NCBI GenBank assembly: GCA_045545715.1
Contig: JAZQBJ010000228.1
Coordinates: forward strand, 1-36,245
Reading direction: 5' to 3'
From: Oscillospiraceae bacterium
GTDB lineage: Bacteria > Bacillota > Clostridia > Oscillospirales > Ruminococcaceae
DNA length: 36,245 nucleotides
Shown here one piece after another: positions 7,174 to 14,760 of the stretch. Numbering within the stretch: position 1 is the first letter of the stretch; each line of letters starts with the position of its first letter. The translations under genes and the position numbers were made by a program. Below the pieces are notes generated by a model. That model did not search any database. It was given only the letters and a program-made list of their open reading frames with translations, and was not told the origin of the DNA.

Positions 7174-7594
7174 GGGATAGCGATGCCGAGAAATTTTGAA
7201 TCCAATTCAAATCTGTGCGATAAATCACGGGATTTACGCAGAAATATGACGCCGGAAGAAAAACACCTTTGGTATGATTTTTTAAAAACATATCCGGTAC
7301 AGTTCAACAGACAAAGAGTAATCGGTAACTATATAGTTGATTTTTATTGCAGAAAAGCAAACCTCGTAATTGAAATTGACGGGAAACAGCATTACATTCC
7401 CGACGGGTTAAGTTATGATTCGGAACGCACAGATTATCTTAGCAGTGTCGGAATTGAAGTTGTCCGTTTTTTGAATAAAGATATTAATGGAAATTTTGAA
7501 AATGTTTGCGCACACATTGACCTGGTCGTGAAACGCAGGTTGGGGTAATCCCTCATCCGCCCGCTTCGCGGCCACCTTCCCCTCCGGGAAGGCT
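7126..7594 (+). mobile_element. TIR-bounded DUF559 cassette, type 1, copy 1 (putative selfish or mobile unit)
   Basis: The left arm is 7126-7178 and the right arm 7548-7594. They are imperfect inverted repeats with the architecture H1 hairpin, TGGC, H2 hairpin, GGATGAGGGAT box. The same architecture occurs at 31128, 32715 and 35066. Confidence 0.6.
7183..7548 (+). CDS. DUF559 domain protein (Vsr-like / PD-(D/E)xK endonuclease fold)
   Basis: 121 aa. Contains LRRNMTPEEKHLWYDFLKTYPVQFNRQRVIGNYIVDFYCRKANLVIEIDGKQHY...VVRFLNKDI. The SD GAGGG lies 6 nt upstream of the ATG. Confidence 0.85.
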   Translation: MPRNFESNSNLCDKSRDLRRNMTPEEKHLWYDFLKTYPVQFNRQRVIGNYIVDFYCRKANLVIEIDGKQHYIPDGLSYDSERTDYLSSVGIEVVRFLNKDINGNFENVCAHIDLVVKRRLG

Positions 7595-7619
7595 ATTTTA
7601 ATATAAAGGAGACCCAGAA

Positions 7620-9017
7620 ATGAAAGTTTTTAACACAATGACAAGACAGAAAGAGGAACTTGTTCCTCTCGTTCCCGGCGAATTCAAAATCTATGCCTGC
7701 GGACCCACCGTTTATAACTTCATCCACATCGGAAACGCAAGACCCATCTGCGTTTTTGACGTTCTCCGCCGCTATCTTGAATTCCTCGGCAACAAAGTAA
7801 CCTTTGTCCAGAACTTCACCGACGTTGACGACAAAATCATCAAACGCGCCAACGAAGAAGGAATCACTTCCGCGGAAGTAGCAGAAAAATATATTGCCGA
7901 ATATAAAAAAGATGCGGAAGGACTTGGCGTAAAACCCGCAACCATTCACCCGAAGGCAACCGAAAACATGGCAAAAATCATCGAAATTGTCGAATCCCTT
8001 GTTGAAAAAGGCTACGCCTATCCCCTTTCCGACGGATCCGTTTATTTCCGCGTCCGCAAATTTGACGAATACGGAAAACTCTCTCATCAGGACGTTTCCG
8101 ATCTTGAATCCGGTGCAAGAATTGAAGCAGACTCCGAAAAGGAAGACCCGCTTGATTTCTGCCTTTGGAAAGCCGCAAAACCCGGCGAACCCAGCTGGAC
8201 TTCTCCCTGGGGCGAAGGCAGACCCGGCTGGCATATCGAATGCACCGCAATGATCAAAAACCACCTTGGCGAAACCATTGATATCCACTGTGGCGGTCAG
8301 GACCTTATCTTCCCCCACCACGAAAACGAAATCGCCCAGGGCGAATGCTGCACCGGCCATGAATATGCCCGTTACTGGATGCACAACGGATACATCAACG
8401 TCGATAACGTAAAAATGTCCAAATCCCTCGGAAACTTCTTCACCGTCCGTGACGTTGCAGAAAAATACGGCTATGAGCCCATCAAATACATGATGATCCA
8501 GGCTCATTACAGAATGCCCCTCAACTATACCCTCACCGTTATTGAATCTGCAAAAGCTTCTCTTGAAAGAATGTACACCTGCCGCGACAACCTCGATTTT
8601 GCAATTGAAAACGCACCGGCAGAAAACCAGGGCGGCGAAGAGGAATTCATCGCAATGCTCGGCGAAAAGAAACAGGCTTTCATCACCGCCATGGACGATG
8701 ACCTCAACACCGCAGACGCCGTTGCCGTAATCTTCGACCTCGTCCGTGAAATCAACACCTTCATCACCGCGCCTCACGCAAAATCCGCTCTTGAAGCTGC
8801 AGCAGAGCTTTTTGACGCGCTTACCAATGTTCTTGGAATTCTTTACAACCGCAAGAAAGAAAGCCTTGAGGAAGAGGTTGAACAGCTTATTGCCGCAAGA
8901 CAGGCCGCAAGAAAAGAACGCAACTGGGCCGAAGCAGACCGCATCCGCGATGAACTCAAAGCCATGGGAATCGTTCTTGAAGATACTCCCCAGGGCGTTA
9001 AATGGAAAAAGGCATAA
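7620..9017 (+). CDS. cysS: cysteine--tRNA ligase
   Basis: 465 aa. HIGNARP (HIGH motif), KMSKS motif, and the C-terminal DALR-like region. Confidence 0.95.
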   Translation: MKVFNTMTRQKEELVPLVPGEFKIYACGPTVYNFIHIGNARPICVFDVLRRYLEFLGNKVTFVQNFTDVDDKIIKRANEEGITSAEVAEKYIAEYKKDAEGLGVKPATIHPKATENMAKIIEIVESLVEKGYAYPLSDGSVYFRVRKFDEYGKLSHQDVSDLESGARIEADSEKEDPLDFCLWKAAKPGEPSWTSPWGEGRPGWHIECTAMIKNHLGETIDIHCGGQDLIFPHHENEIAQGECCTGHEYARYWMHNGYINVDNVKMSKSLGNFFTVRDVAEKYGYEPIKYMMIQAHYRMPLNYTLTVIESAKASLERMYTCRDNLDFAIENAPAENQGGEEEFIAMLGEKKQAFITAMDDDLNTADAVAVIFDLVREINTFITAPHAKSALEAAAELFDALTNVLGILYNRKKESLEEEVEQLIAARQAARKERNWAEADRIRDELKAMGIVLEDTPQGVKWKKA

Positions 9018-9020
9018 AGA

Positions 9021-9758
9021 ATGGAACTTGAACAAAGCTATATCTTCCGAACCGATACAGGAACACAAAATGAAAACAGAGCGCTCACCCTTTCCGCTCT
9101 CCAGCGCATAATTGTCGTTATCTCCGAAGAACATCTTGAAAACATCGGACTTGACGTTCCTCATCTTATGAGGGAATACGGCGTTTCCTGGATTCTTCTT
9201 TCCATGAGTGTGGATATAAAATCCCCCATCCGTGACGGTGAAAGACTTTCTGTCAGAACCTGGCACACCGAGAAAAAAGGAGTTTATTTCCGCCGCGAAG
9301 TTGAAATTTGCCATCCGGACGGAAGCGTTGCCGCCGTTGCGGCAACTTTTTCTTCCATCTTTGATATGAAGACCCGCCGCCTTTCCACCGACCCGGAAGT
9401 TCTTGAAAAAGTCGATCAGCTTGGAAACGGAAAGGAACTTCTTAAAGCGGAAAGCCGTATCCGCATAAAACCCGATGATTTCCCCGTTATTATGACCCAG
9501 AAAGTCATGCCCAGCTGGATAGATTCTCTCGGTCACGTTAACAACCTTCGTTACGGTGACCTTATTATGGATGCCCTTCCGGAAGAAGTAAGGGCAAATC
9601 TCGGAAATCTTTCCCGTTATGAAATCGGTTTTACCGGTGAACTTCGCCTTGGCGAAAGCGTTGAACTTCGACTTAAAGAAGAAAACGGCGAAATTTTTGT
9701 TGCAGGAATCCGTTCCAGCGACGGAAAACCCGCCTTTCTTTCAAAACTTGTTTTCTGA
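9021..9758 (+). CDS. acyl-ACP thioesterase family protein (double hotdog)
   Basis: 245 aa. The pattern LSALQRIIVVISEEHLENIGLD...GVSWILLSMSVDIKSPIRDGERLSVRTWH...FRREVEI...FDMKTRRL resembles PF01643-type thioesterases. Confidence 0.7.
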   Translation: MELEQSYIFRTDTGTQNENRALTLSALQRIIVVISEEHLENIGLDVPHLMREYGVSWILLSMSVDIKSPIRDGERLSVRTWHTEKKGVYFRREVEICHPDGSVAAVAATFSSIFDMKTRRLSTDPEVLEKVDQLGNGKELLKAESRIRIKPDDFPVIMTQKVMPSWIDSLGHVNNLRYGDLIMDALPEEVRANLGNLSRYEIGFTGELRLGESVELRLKEENGEIFVAGIRSSDGKPAFLSKLVF

Positions 9759-9761
9759 TAA

Positions 9762-9805
9762 AAAAACAAATGAGCACGGCATTTTTGCCGTGCTCATTTT
9801 TGTTT
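9762..9805. terminator. bidirectional rho-independent terminator
   Basis: ATGAGCACGGC-attttt-GCCGTGCTCAT, flanked by A-runs and T-runs. It lies between convergent genes. Confidence 0.85.
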
Positions 9806-9817
9806 ATTCGGTGCTCA

Positions 9818-10585
9818 TCAGATTTTCTCGCACTTTTTTACTTTTGCTTTCGGGGAAATTTCAACGTTTTCGGAATACTGAACAAGGTCTATATCACAGC
9901 CTTCTCCAATCATAATGTATCTTCCGGTTACATTTTTTGCCCTGGTATGCTCGATCATTATCTCATCGCCCTCAATATATTCGGAAACAACGAAATCGCA
10001 GCTTTTTCTTCCGAAAAGCCGGTCGATAATTCCTTTTTCGCGATAGTTTTCAATGATTATTTTGCTTCCGCCGATGCTTTCGGCTTTTGAACCGGTCGAA
10101 TTGGAAAGTTCCACCCTGAGTTCTTCCGCATTGATAAGTCCGCCGCAGGAAACGCCGCCTTTTATATAGGCTTTTTCCGCTTCGATATCACCGGTTACCC
10201 CGAGTCCTCCGGCAACGTCAAGTTCGGCCGCTTTGATGTTTCCCTTAACTTTCATTCCGCCGGAAACTTCGGTTTCTTCGGAAGAAACGCAGTCTCCCTC
10301 CACCTTAAAAGCGCCGGAAACTTTTATCTCTTTTGCAAAAACAGTTCCTGTTTTTGCGCTTCCCGCGCTGTGGAATTCCTTTGCGGTGATTTTTCCGCTG
10401 TTTGAAAAGGCTCCGGAAATTTTTATATCGTTTTCACATTCAATTTCCGCGTTGCCGGAAAAAGCTCCGGCGCTTCGAAATTCCTTACAGCGAATAAAAC
10501 CTTCTGCCTTTGCGCTTCCGCTTATTGCAACTTTATCGTATTCTCCGCCGCCTATTACACCGGCACCCGAAATTTTCATATCCAT
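9818..10585 (-). CDS. bactofilin-like polymer-forming cytoskeletal protein (DUF583 repeats; YhbE/YhbF-like)
   Basis: 255 aa with repetitive beta-helical segments (ISGAGVIGGGEYDKVAISGSAKAEG, KISGAFSNSGKITAKEF, KVSGAFKVEGD...). It is coupled to the upstream YhbD-like gene. Confidence 0.75.
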   Translation of the reverse strand: MDMKISGAGVIGGGEYDKVAISGSAKAEGFIRCKEFRSAGAFSGNAEIECENDIKISGAFSNSGKITAKEFHSAGSAKTGTVFAKEIKVSGAFKVEGDCVSSEETEVSGGMKVKGNIKAAELDVAGGLGVTGDIEAEKAYIKGGVSCGGLINAEELRVELSNSTGSKAESIGGSKIIIENYREKGIIDRLFGRKSCDFVVSEYIEGDEIMIEHTRAKNVTGRYIMIGEGCDIDLVQYSENVEISPKAKVKKCEKI

Positions 10586-10587
10586 AG

Positions 10588-10986
10588 TTAATCCTCCTTA
10601 AAATCAAGGCCTATATCAGCTGAAATATCTTTTTCTTTTCCGCTTTCGTCAATGATTTTTATTCTTCTGATATCTTTCAGAAGAATACTTTTTTCGCCGA
10701 AAACAGTTTCGATAACGATTTTTGCGTTAGCTTTTTCTTCGCCGGAAATTTTTTCGGCAAGTTCATCAAGAAGAACGTCCTCTTTTTTTGCAAGAATAAG
10801 CTCGACCCGCTCAAAAATAAGGTCTTTGGGGAAAAAAGTTTCCTGACCGGTGGAAGTTGATTTTTTAATGAACCATTCTTCCGGAATAAGGCCTTTTCTT
10901 TTCCATCGGTAAAGCGCGCCATAAGAAATTGAATATTTTTCAAGAAGCTGTTTTTTTGAAACAAGATTTTCTTCTTTTAAATTCAC
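10588..10986 (-). CDS. YhbD-like / DUF4004 MerR-type HTH protein
   Basis: SKKQLLEKYSISYGALYRWKRKGLIPEEWFIKKSTSTGQETFFPKD. I place the start at GTG 10984-10986, 9 nt after GGAGGG. The longer track ORF (to 11073) would run through its own promoter. Confidence 0.7.
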   Translation of the reverse strand: MNLKEENLVSKKQLLEKYSISYGALYRWKRKGLIPEEWFIKKSTSTGQETFFPKDLIFERVELILAKKEDVLLDELAEKISGEEKANAKIVIETVFGEKSILLKDIRRIKIIDESGKEKDISADIGLDFKED

Positions 10987-11031
10987 TGAAAAACGCCCTC
11001 CCTGTTCGGATTTTGCACATGTGCGTAACAA

Positions 11032-11082
11032 TGTTACGATTGTATTATAGCGTAACATTGTTACGCTTGTCAACCCTTTGTT
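11032..11082 (-). promoter_or_regulatory. promoter with two copies of a CGTAACA-N-TGTTACG palindrome (probable autoregulatory operator)
   Basis: The minus strand reads TTGACA-agcgtaacaatgttacgc-TATAAT-acaatcgtaacattgttacgca. One palindrome fills the 18-nt spacer and the second lies just downstream of the -10. Confidence 0.65.
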
Positions 11083-11092
11083 TTAAAATTTT

Positions 11093-11136
11093 TCAAAAAA
11101 AAATAATGCCCTCCGAAAAAACGGAGGGCATTTTGT
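11093..11136. terminator. rho-independent terminator after the lipoprotein gene
   Basis: ATGCCCTCCG-aaaaaa-CGGAGGGCAT, with T-runs on both strands. Confidence 0.8.
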
Positions 11137-11141
11137 TGATT

Positions 11142-11876
11142 TTACGGCCAATGCTGAACTATTTGATAGCTTTCGGGCATTGAAACAAGTGCGGGGTTAA
11201 GATATTTATTGAAAGCGGTGATGTTTTCAATGGTGATACCTGTTCCCTGGTTTATGGTCATTCCGTAAAGAACGGTGTTTTCAAAATAAAAAGTGATGTC
11301 GCCGTCGGTGGTTGAATAACGTTCGAAACGGCAGTCTTTTCCGCCGAAAGTTTCGTTTCCGGTTGCGGAAAGCTTGATGTTGGCAACGGAAATTTCGAAA
11401 GGAACGGCTTTATAATTTTCCGGATTTACGGTGAAAAGCTTTGCCTGGTTATCGTCAACATAGTAGTAGATACCTTCGAAAAGGACTATGTGTTCATGGG
11501 GAATTTCCGGTTCGATCGCGTTTCCGTTTTCATCGTACTGCACTTCGACGTTTTCAAGCTCGGAAGGTTCCGGATAGCTTGTTCCGGTTCTTACTCCGTT
11601 GCTTCCGTACATAACTTCGGTTCCGTCCGCAAGAACGTAGGACATATAGAAAGTTCCGCTTTTAAGCATATTGACATAGCCTTCGGAAAAAATTATTTCG
11701 TGTTCTTCTTTTTCGGTTTCGGTTCCGATGATCTGGGATATGATCATTTCAACATCGTTCGGGATAAGTGCGCTTGCTTCATCGAGCCAGCCGCTTATTG
11801 TTTCCGCCGGCGAACAACCGGAAAAGGAAACAAGCATTATTGCAGAAAGCAAAGCACAGAGAAATCTTTTTGCCAT
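11142..11876 (-). CDS. hypothetical lipoprotein
   Basis: MAKRFLCALLSAIMLVSFSGCSP has a signal peptide and lipobox. I recognise no family for the mature part. Confidence 0.7.
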   Translation of the reverse strand: MAKRFLCALLSAIMLVSFSGCSPAETISGWLDEASALIPNDVEMIISQIIGTETEKEEHEIIFSEGYVNMLKSGTFYMSYVLADGTEVMYGSNGVRTGTSYPEPSELENVEVQYDENGNAIEPEIPHEHIVLFEGIYYYVDDNQAKLFTVNPENYKAVPFEISVANIKLSATGNETFGGKDCRFERYSTTDGDITFYFENTVLYGMTINQGTGITIENITAFNKYLNPALVSMPESYQIVQHWP

Positions 11877-12082
11877 TGTTATCCTCCCAAAATAAAATTT
11901 TGTTGCTTTTTATAACAGCTTTTCTGTTGACTGAAAAGTCAAATGGGTTTATATTTATAAGGTGATGTTTTGTAAAAATGATTACAAAGGTAATTATAGC
12001 TGATTTCTTTTCTTTTGTCACCACTTTTTACATAAACTTAATATTCTTTTCAAAAATATAGTTTGGGCAATCAGGGGGAAAT

Positions 12083-13567
12083 ATGCAGAAAATCGGTTTT
12101 GACAGCGCAAAATATTTCAGGATGCAATCCGAAAAAATCAAGGAGCGAATTGAAGAATTCGGCGGAAAGCTTTATCTTGAATTCGGTGGAAAGCTTTTTG
12201 ACGATTTCCACGCCTCAAGGGTTCTTCCGGGCTTTGCTTATGATTCAAAAGTAAAGCTTCTTTGTGAAATGAAAGACCATGCTGAGATCATAATTGTTAT
12301 CAACGCCACAGATATCGAAAAGAACAAAATCCGCGGCGACCTTGGAATTACCTATGACCTTGAGGTAATGCGCCTTATCGACGCTTTCTCCTCCCTCGGT
12401 CTTTATGTCGGAAGCGTTATTATTGCCCAATATTCCGGCCAGAGAGCCGCCGACGCCTTCCGCGCAAAACTCAATTCCCTCGGAATAAAAAGCTACATTC
12501 ACTATCCCATCGAGGGATATCCCATGGACGTCAACTTTGTTGTCAGCGACGAAGGCTTCGGCAAAAACGATTATGTTGAAACCACAAGACCCCTTGTTGT
12601 GGTAACTGCGCCCGGCCCCGGAAGCGGAAAAATGGCCACCTGCCTTTCCCAGCTTTTCCATGAGAACAAACGCGGAGTTAAAGCCGGCTATGCAAAGTTC
12701 GAAACCTTCCCCATCTGGAACCTGCCCCTTGCCCATCCGGTCAACCTTGCTTATGAAGCAGCGACCGCAGACCTTGATGACGTTAATATGATAGACCACT
12801 ATCATCTTGAAGCCTACGGCGAAATGACCGTTAACTATAACCGCGATATCGAAGTTTTCCCGGTTCTCAACAGAATTTTTGAAACCATTCTCGGCGAAAG
12901 CCCCTATAAATCCCCGACGGATATGGGCGTAAATATGGTCGGAAACTGCATCTGTGACGACGAAGTGGTTTGCGAAGCCGCAAAGCAGGAAATTATCCGC
13001 CGTTTTTATGAAGCTGCCTGCGAATACCGCCAGGGAAAATGTGACGAAAACCCGATGCTTAAAATCGAGCTTCTTATGGAAAGAGTCGGAGTCGGCGTTG
13101 AGGACAGACCGGTTGTTGCGGCCGCCCTTGAAAAAGCGGAAGAAACCGGATTGCCCGCAACGGCCATTGAACTTAAAAACGGAAGGATAATCGTTGGAAA
13201 AACCAGTTCCCTCCTCGGTTCCTCCGCGGCGATGCTTCTTAACGCGCTTAAGGAAATTGCCGGAATCGACGATTCCATCGATATAATCGACCCGCTTGTT
13301 ATGAATCCGGTTGAGGAACTTAAAAAGAAACACCTTGGCCACAACAACGCAAGGCTCCATCTCGACGAAACGCTTCTTGCCCTTGCGGTAAGCGCACCGA
13401 AAAACCCGGATGCGGCAAAAGCCCTTGCCTGCCTTGAGGAACTTCGCGGTTGCGAAGCACATTCCACCGTTATCCTTTCCCAGGTCGATACCCAGACTTT
13501 CAAAAAGCTTGGACTCAACCTTACCTGCGAACCCAAATATCGCAACAAAAAACTTTATCATGCCTAA
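12083..13567 (+). CDS. DUF1846 / UPF0371 family protein
   Basis: 494 aa. The N-terminus GFDSAKYFRMQSEKIKERIEEFGGKLYLEFGGKLFDDFHASRVLPGF is characteristic of UPF0371. Confidence 0.85.
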   Translation: MQKIGFDSAKYFRMQSEKIKERIEEFGGKLYLEFGGKLFDDFHASRVLPGFAYDSKVKLLCEMKDHAEIIIVINATDIEKNKIRGDLGITYDLEVMRLIDAFSSLGLYVGSVIIAQYSGQRAADAFRAKLNSLGIKSYIHYPIEGYPMDVNFVVSDEGFGKNDYVETTRPLVVVTAPGPGSGKMATCLSQLFHENKRGVKAGYAKFETFPIWNLPLAHPVNLAYEAATADLDDVNMIDHYHLEAYGEMTVNYNRDIEVFPVLNRIFETILGESPYKSPTDMGVNMVGNCICDDEVVCEAAKQEIIRRFYEAACEYRQGKCDENPMLKIELLMERVGVGVEDRPVVAAALEKAEETGLPATAIELKNGRIIVGKTSSLLGSSAAMLLNALKEIAGIDDSIDIIDPLVMNPVEELKKKHLGHNNARLHLDETLLALAVSAPKNPDAAKALACLEELRGCEAHSTVILSQVDTQTFKKLGLNLTCEPKYRNKKLYHA

Positions 13568-13579
13568 GGAGGTTTTTTG

Positions 13580-14335
13580 ATGAAATTCGTATCCTGGAAC
13601 GTAAACGGGCTTCGTGCCTGTATGGGAAAAGGGTTTATGGATTCCTTCAACGAAATGGACGCGGATTTTTTCTGCCTTCAGGAAACAAAACTTCAGCCGG
13701 ATCAGATTTCTCTTGAACTTCCCGGATATTATCAATTCTGGAACAGCGCGGAGAAAAAAGGTTATTCCGGAACTGCAATTTTTACAAAGCACGAACCTCT
13801 TTCCGTAAATTACGGAATCGACGTTGAGCGCCACGACCACGAAGGCCGCGTTATAACCCTTGAATATCCGGATTTTTACCTTGTTGATGTTTATGTTCCC
13901 AACGCAAGGCGCGACCTTGAACGCCTTGATTACAGAATGGACTGGGAAGATTGCTTCCGGGAATACGTAAGTTCCCTCGATAAGCACAAACCGGTGATAA
14001 TCTGCGGCGATATGAACGTTGCTCACGAAGAAATAGACCTTAAAAACTATAAAACGAACAGAGGCAACGCCGGCTTTACCGACGAGGAACGCTCGAAAAT
14101 GACCGAACTTCTCGGCGCGGGTTTTGCGGATACTTTCCGCTATCTCTATCCCGAAAAAGGCGATTCTTATTCCTGGTGGAGTTATATGTTCCACGCAAGA
14201 GAAAAGAACGCCGGATGGAGGATCGACTATTTCATCTGTTCCGAACGTTTTGCGGAAAAACTTGAGGACAGCCTTATCTATCCGCAATATTACGGAAGCG
14301 ACCATTGTCCGGTTGCGATCATCACAAAAGACTGA
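13580..14335 (+). CDS. xth: exodeoxyribonuclease III
   Basis: MKFVSWNVNGLRAC...FFCLQETK...GDMNVAHEEIDL...WRIDYF...GSDHCPV. ATG 13580 follows GGAGG; the track ORF starts at TTG 13577. Confidence 0.93.
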   Translation: MKFVSWNVNGLRACMGKGFMDSFNEMDADFFCLQETKLQPDQISLELPGYYQFWNSAEKKGYSGTAIFTKHEPLSVNYGIDVERHDHEGRVITLEYPDFYLVDVYVPNARRDLERLDYRMDWEDCFREYVSSLDKHKPVIICGDMNVAHEEIDLKNYKTNRGNAGFTDEERSKMTELLGAGFADTFRYLYPEKGDSYSWWSYMFHAREKNAGWRIDYFICSERFAEKLEDSLIYPQYYGSDHCPVAIITKD

Positions 14336-14345
14336 TTTAAGAATT

Positions 14346-14387
14346 AAAACCCGCAAAGGATTTTTCCTTTGCGGGTTTTGTTTTTTG
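14346..14387. terminator. bidirectional rho-independent terminator
   Basis: AAAACCCGCAAAGGA-ttt-TCCTTTGCGGGTTTT followed by a T-run. Confidence 0.85.
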
Positions 14388-14390
14388 CGA

Positions 14391-14639
14391 TTATTCCGGT
14401 TTTAAAATTTCGTCATAAGTTGTTTCGAGGATTTCCTTTATTGCGGAAAGCTGGGAAGCATAGATATGCTGGATCCCTCTTTCGATTTTTACAAGGGTTT
14501 CACGGGTCATATCTATTCCGGAAAGCTGGAGCCGGCGGACAAGTTCCGTCTGGCCGATTTTTTTGCTTTTTCGGATATTTCTGATGTTTTTTCCGATTTT
14601 TATATTCTGGTCCTGTTTTATCTTTTGTTCTTCCATCAA
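14391..14639 (-). CDS. XRE-family helix-turn-helix transcriptional regulator
   Basis: 82 aa. IGKNIRNIRKSKKIGQTELVRRLQLSGIDMTRETLVKIERG is a typical Cro/CI HTH. Confidence 0.85.
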   Translation of the reverse strand: MMEEQKIKQDQNIKIGKNIRNIRKSKKIGQTELVRRLQLSGIDMTRETLVKIERGIQHIYASQLSAIKEILETTYDEILKPE

Positions 14640-14663
14640 AAAGCGCCGCCCCTTAATAAATTT

Positions 14664-14734
14664 TGGACTTAAATCAGTCCATTATGCCTTGATTTTATAA
14701 TAGCGCTATGTTAAAATGGGACTAATATCAGTCC
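14664..14734. promoter_or_regulatory. divergent control region with two GGACT-N6-AGTCC palindromes flanking a + strand promoter
   Basis: The palindromes are TGGACTtaaatcAGTCCA (14664-14681) and GGACTaatatcAGTCC (14719-14734). The promoter is TTGATT (14689-14694), 17 nt, TAAAAT (14712-14717). Confidence 0.6.
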
Positions 14735-14760
14735 ACTTTTTAAGGAAGGAGGAAAACGGG

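Noticed and set aside
7593-9536. 647-aa ORF on the minus strand
   Set aside because: It is antisense to cysS and the thioesterase gene and crosses their junction. It is the same kind of shadow-ORF artefact.
10987-11073. Upstream extension of the YhbD-like ORF (MTSVTMLRYNTIVTLLR...)
   Set aside because: The extension covers the gene's own TTGACA/TATAAT promoter and operator dyads. GTG 10986 has a proper SD.
11926-11941. Palindrome TTGACTgaaaAGTCAA upstream of the lipoprotein gene, superficially like the XRE operator half-sites
   Set aside because: It has a different spacing (4 nt versus 6 nt) and a different outer base, and it occurs only once. There is not enough evidence to call it an operator.
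14716-14760. ATG 14716 as the start of the Phe-rich ORF
   Set aside because: This ATG sits between the -10 element and the second operator dyad, upstream of the only SD. TTG 14761 is correctly spaced from GGAGG.
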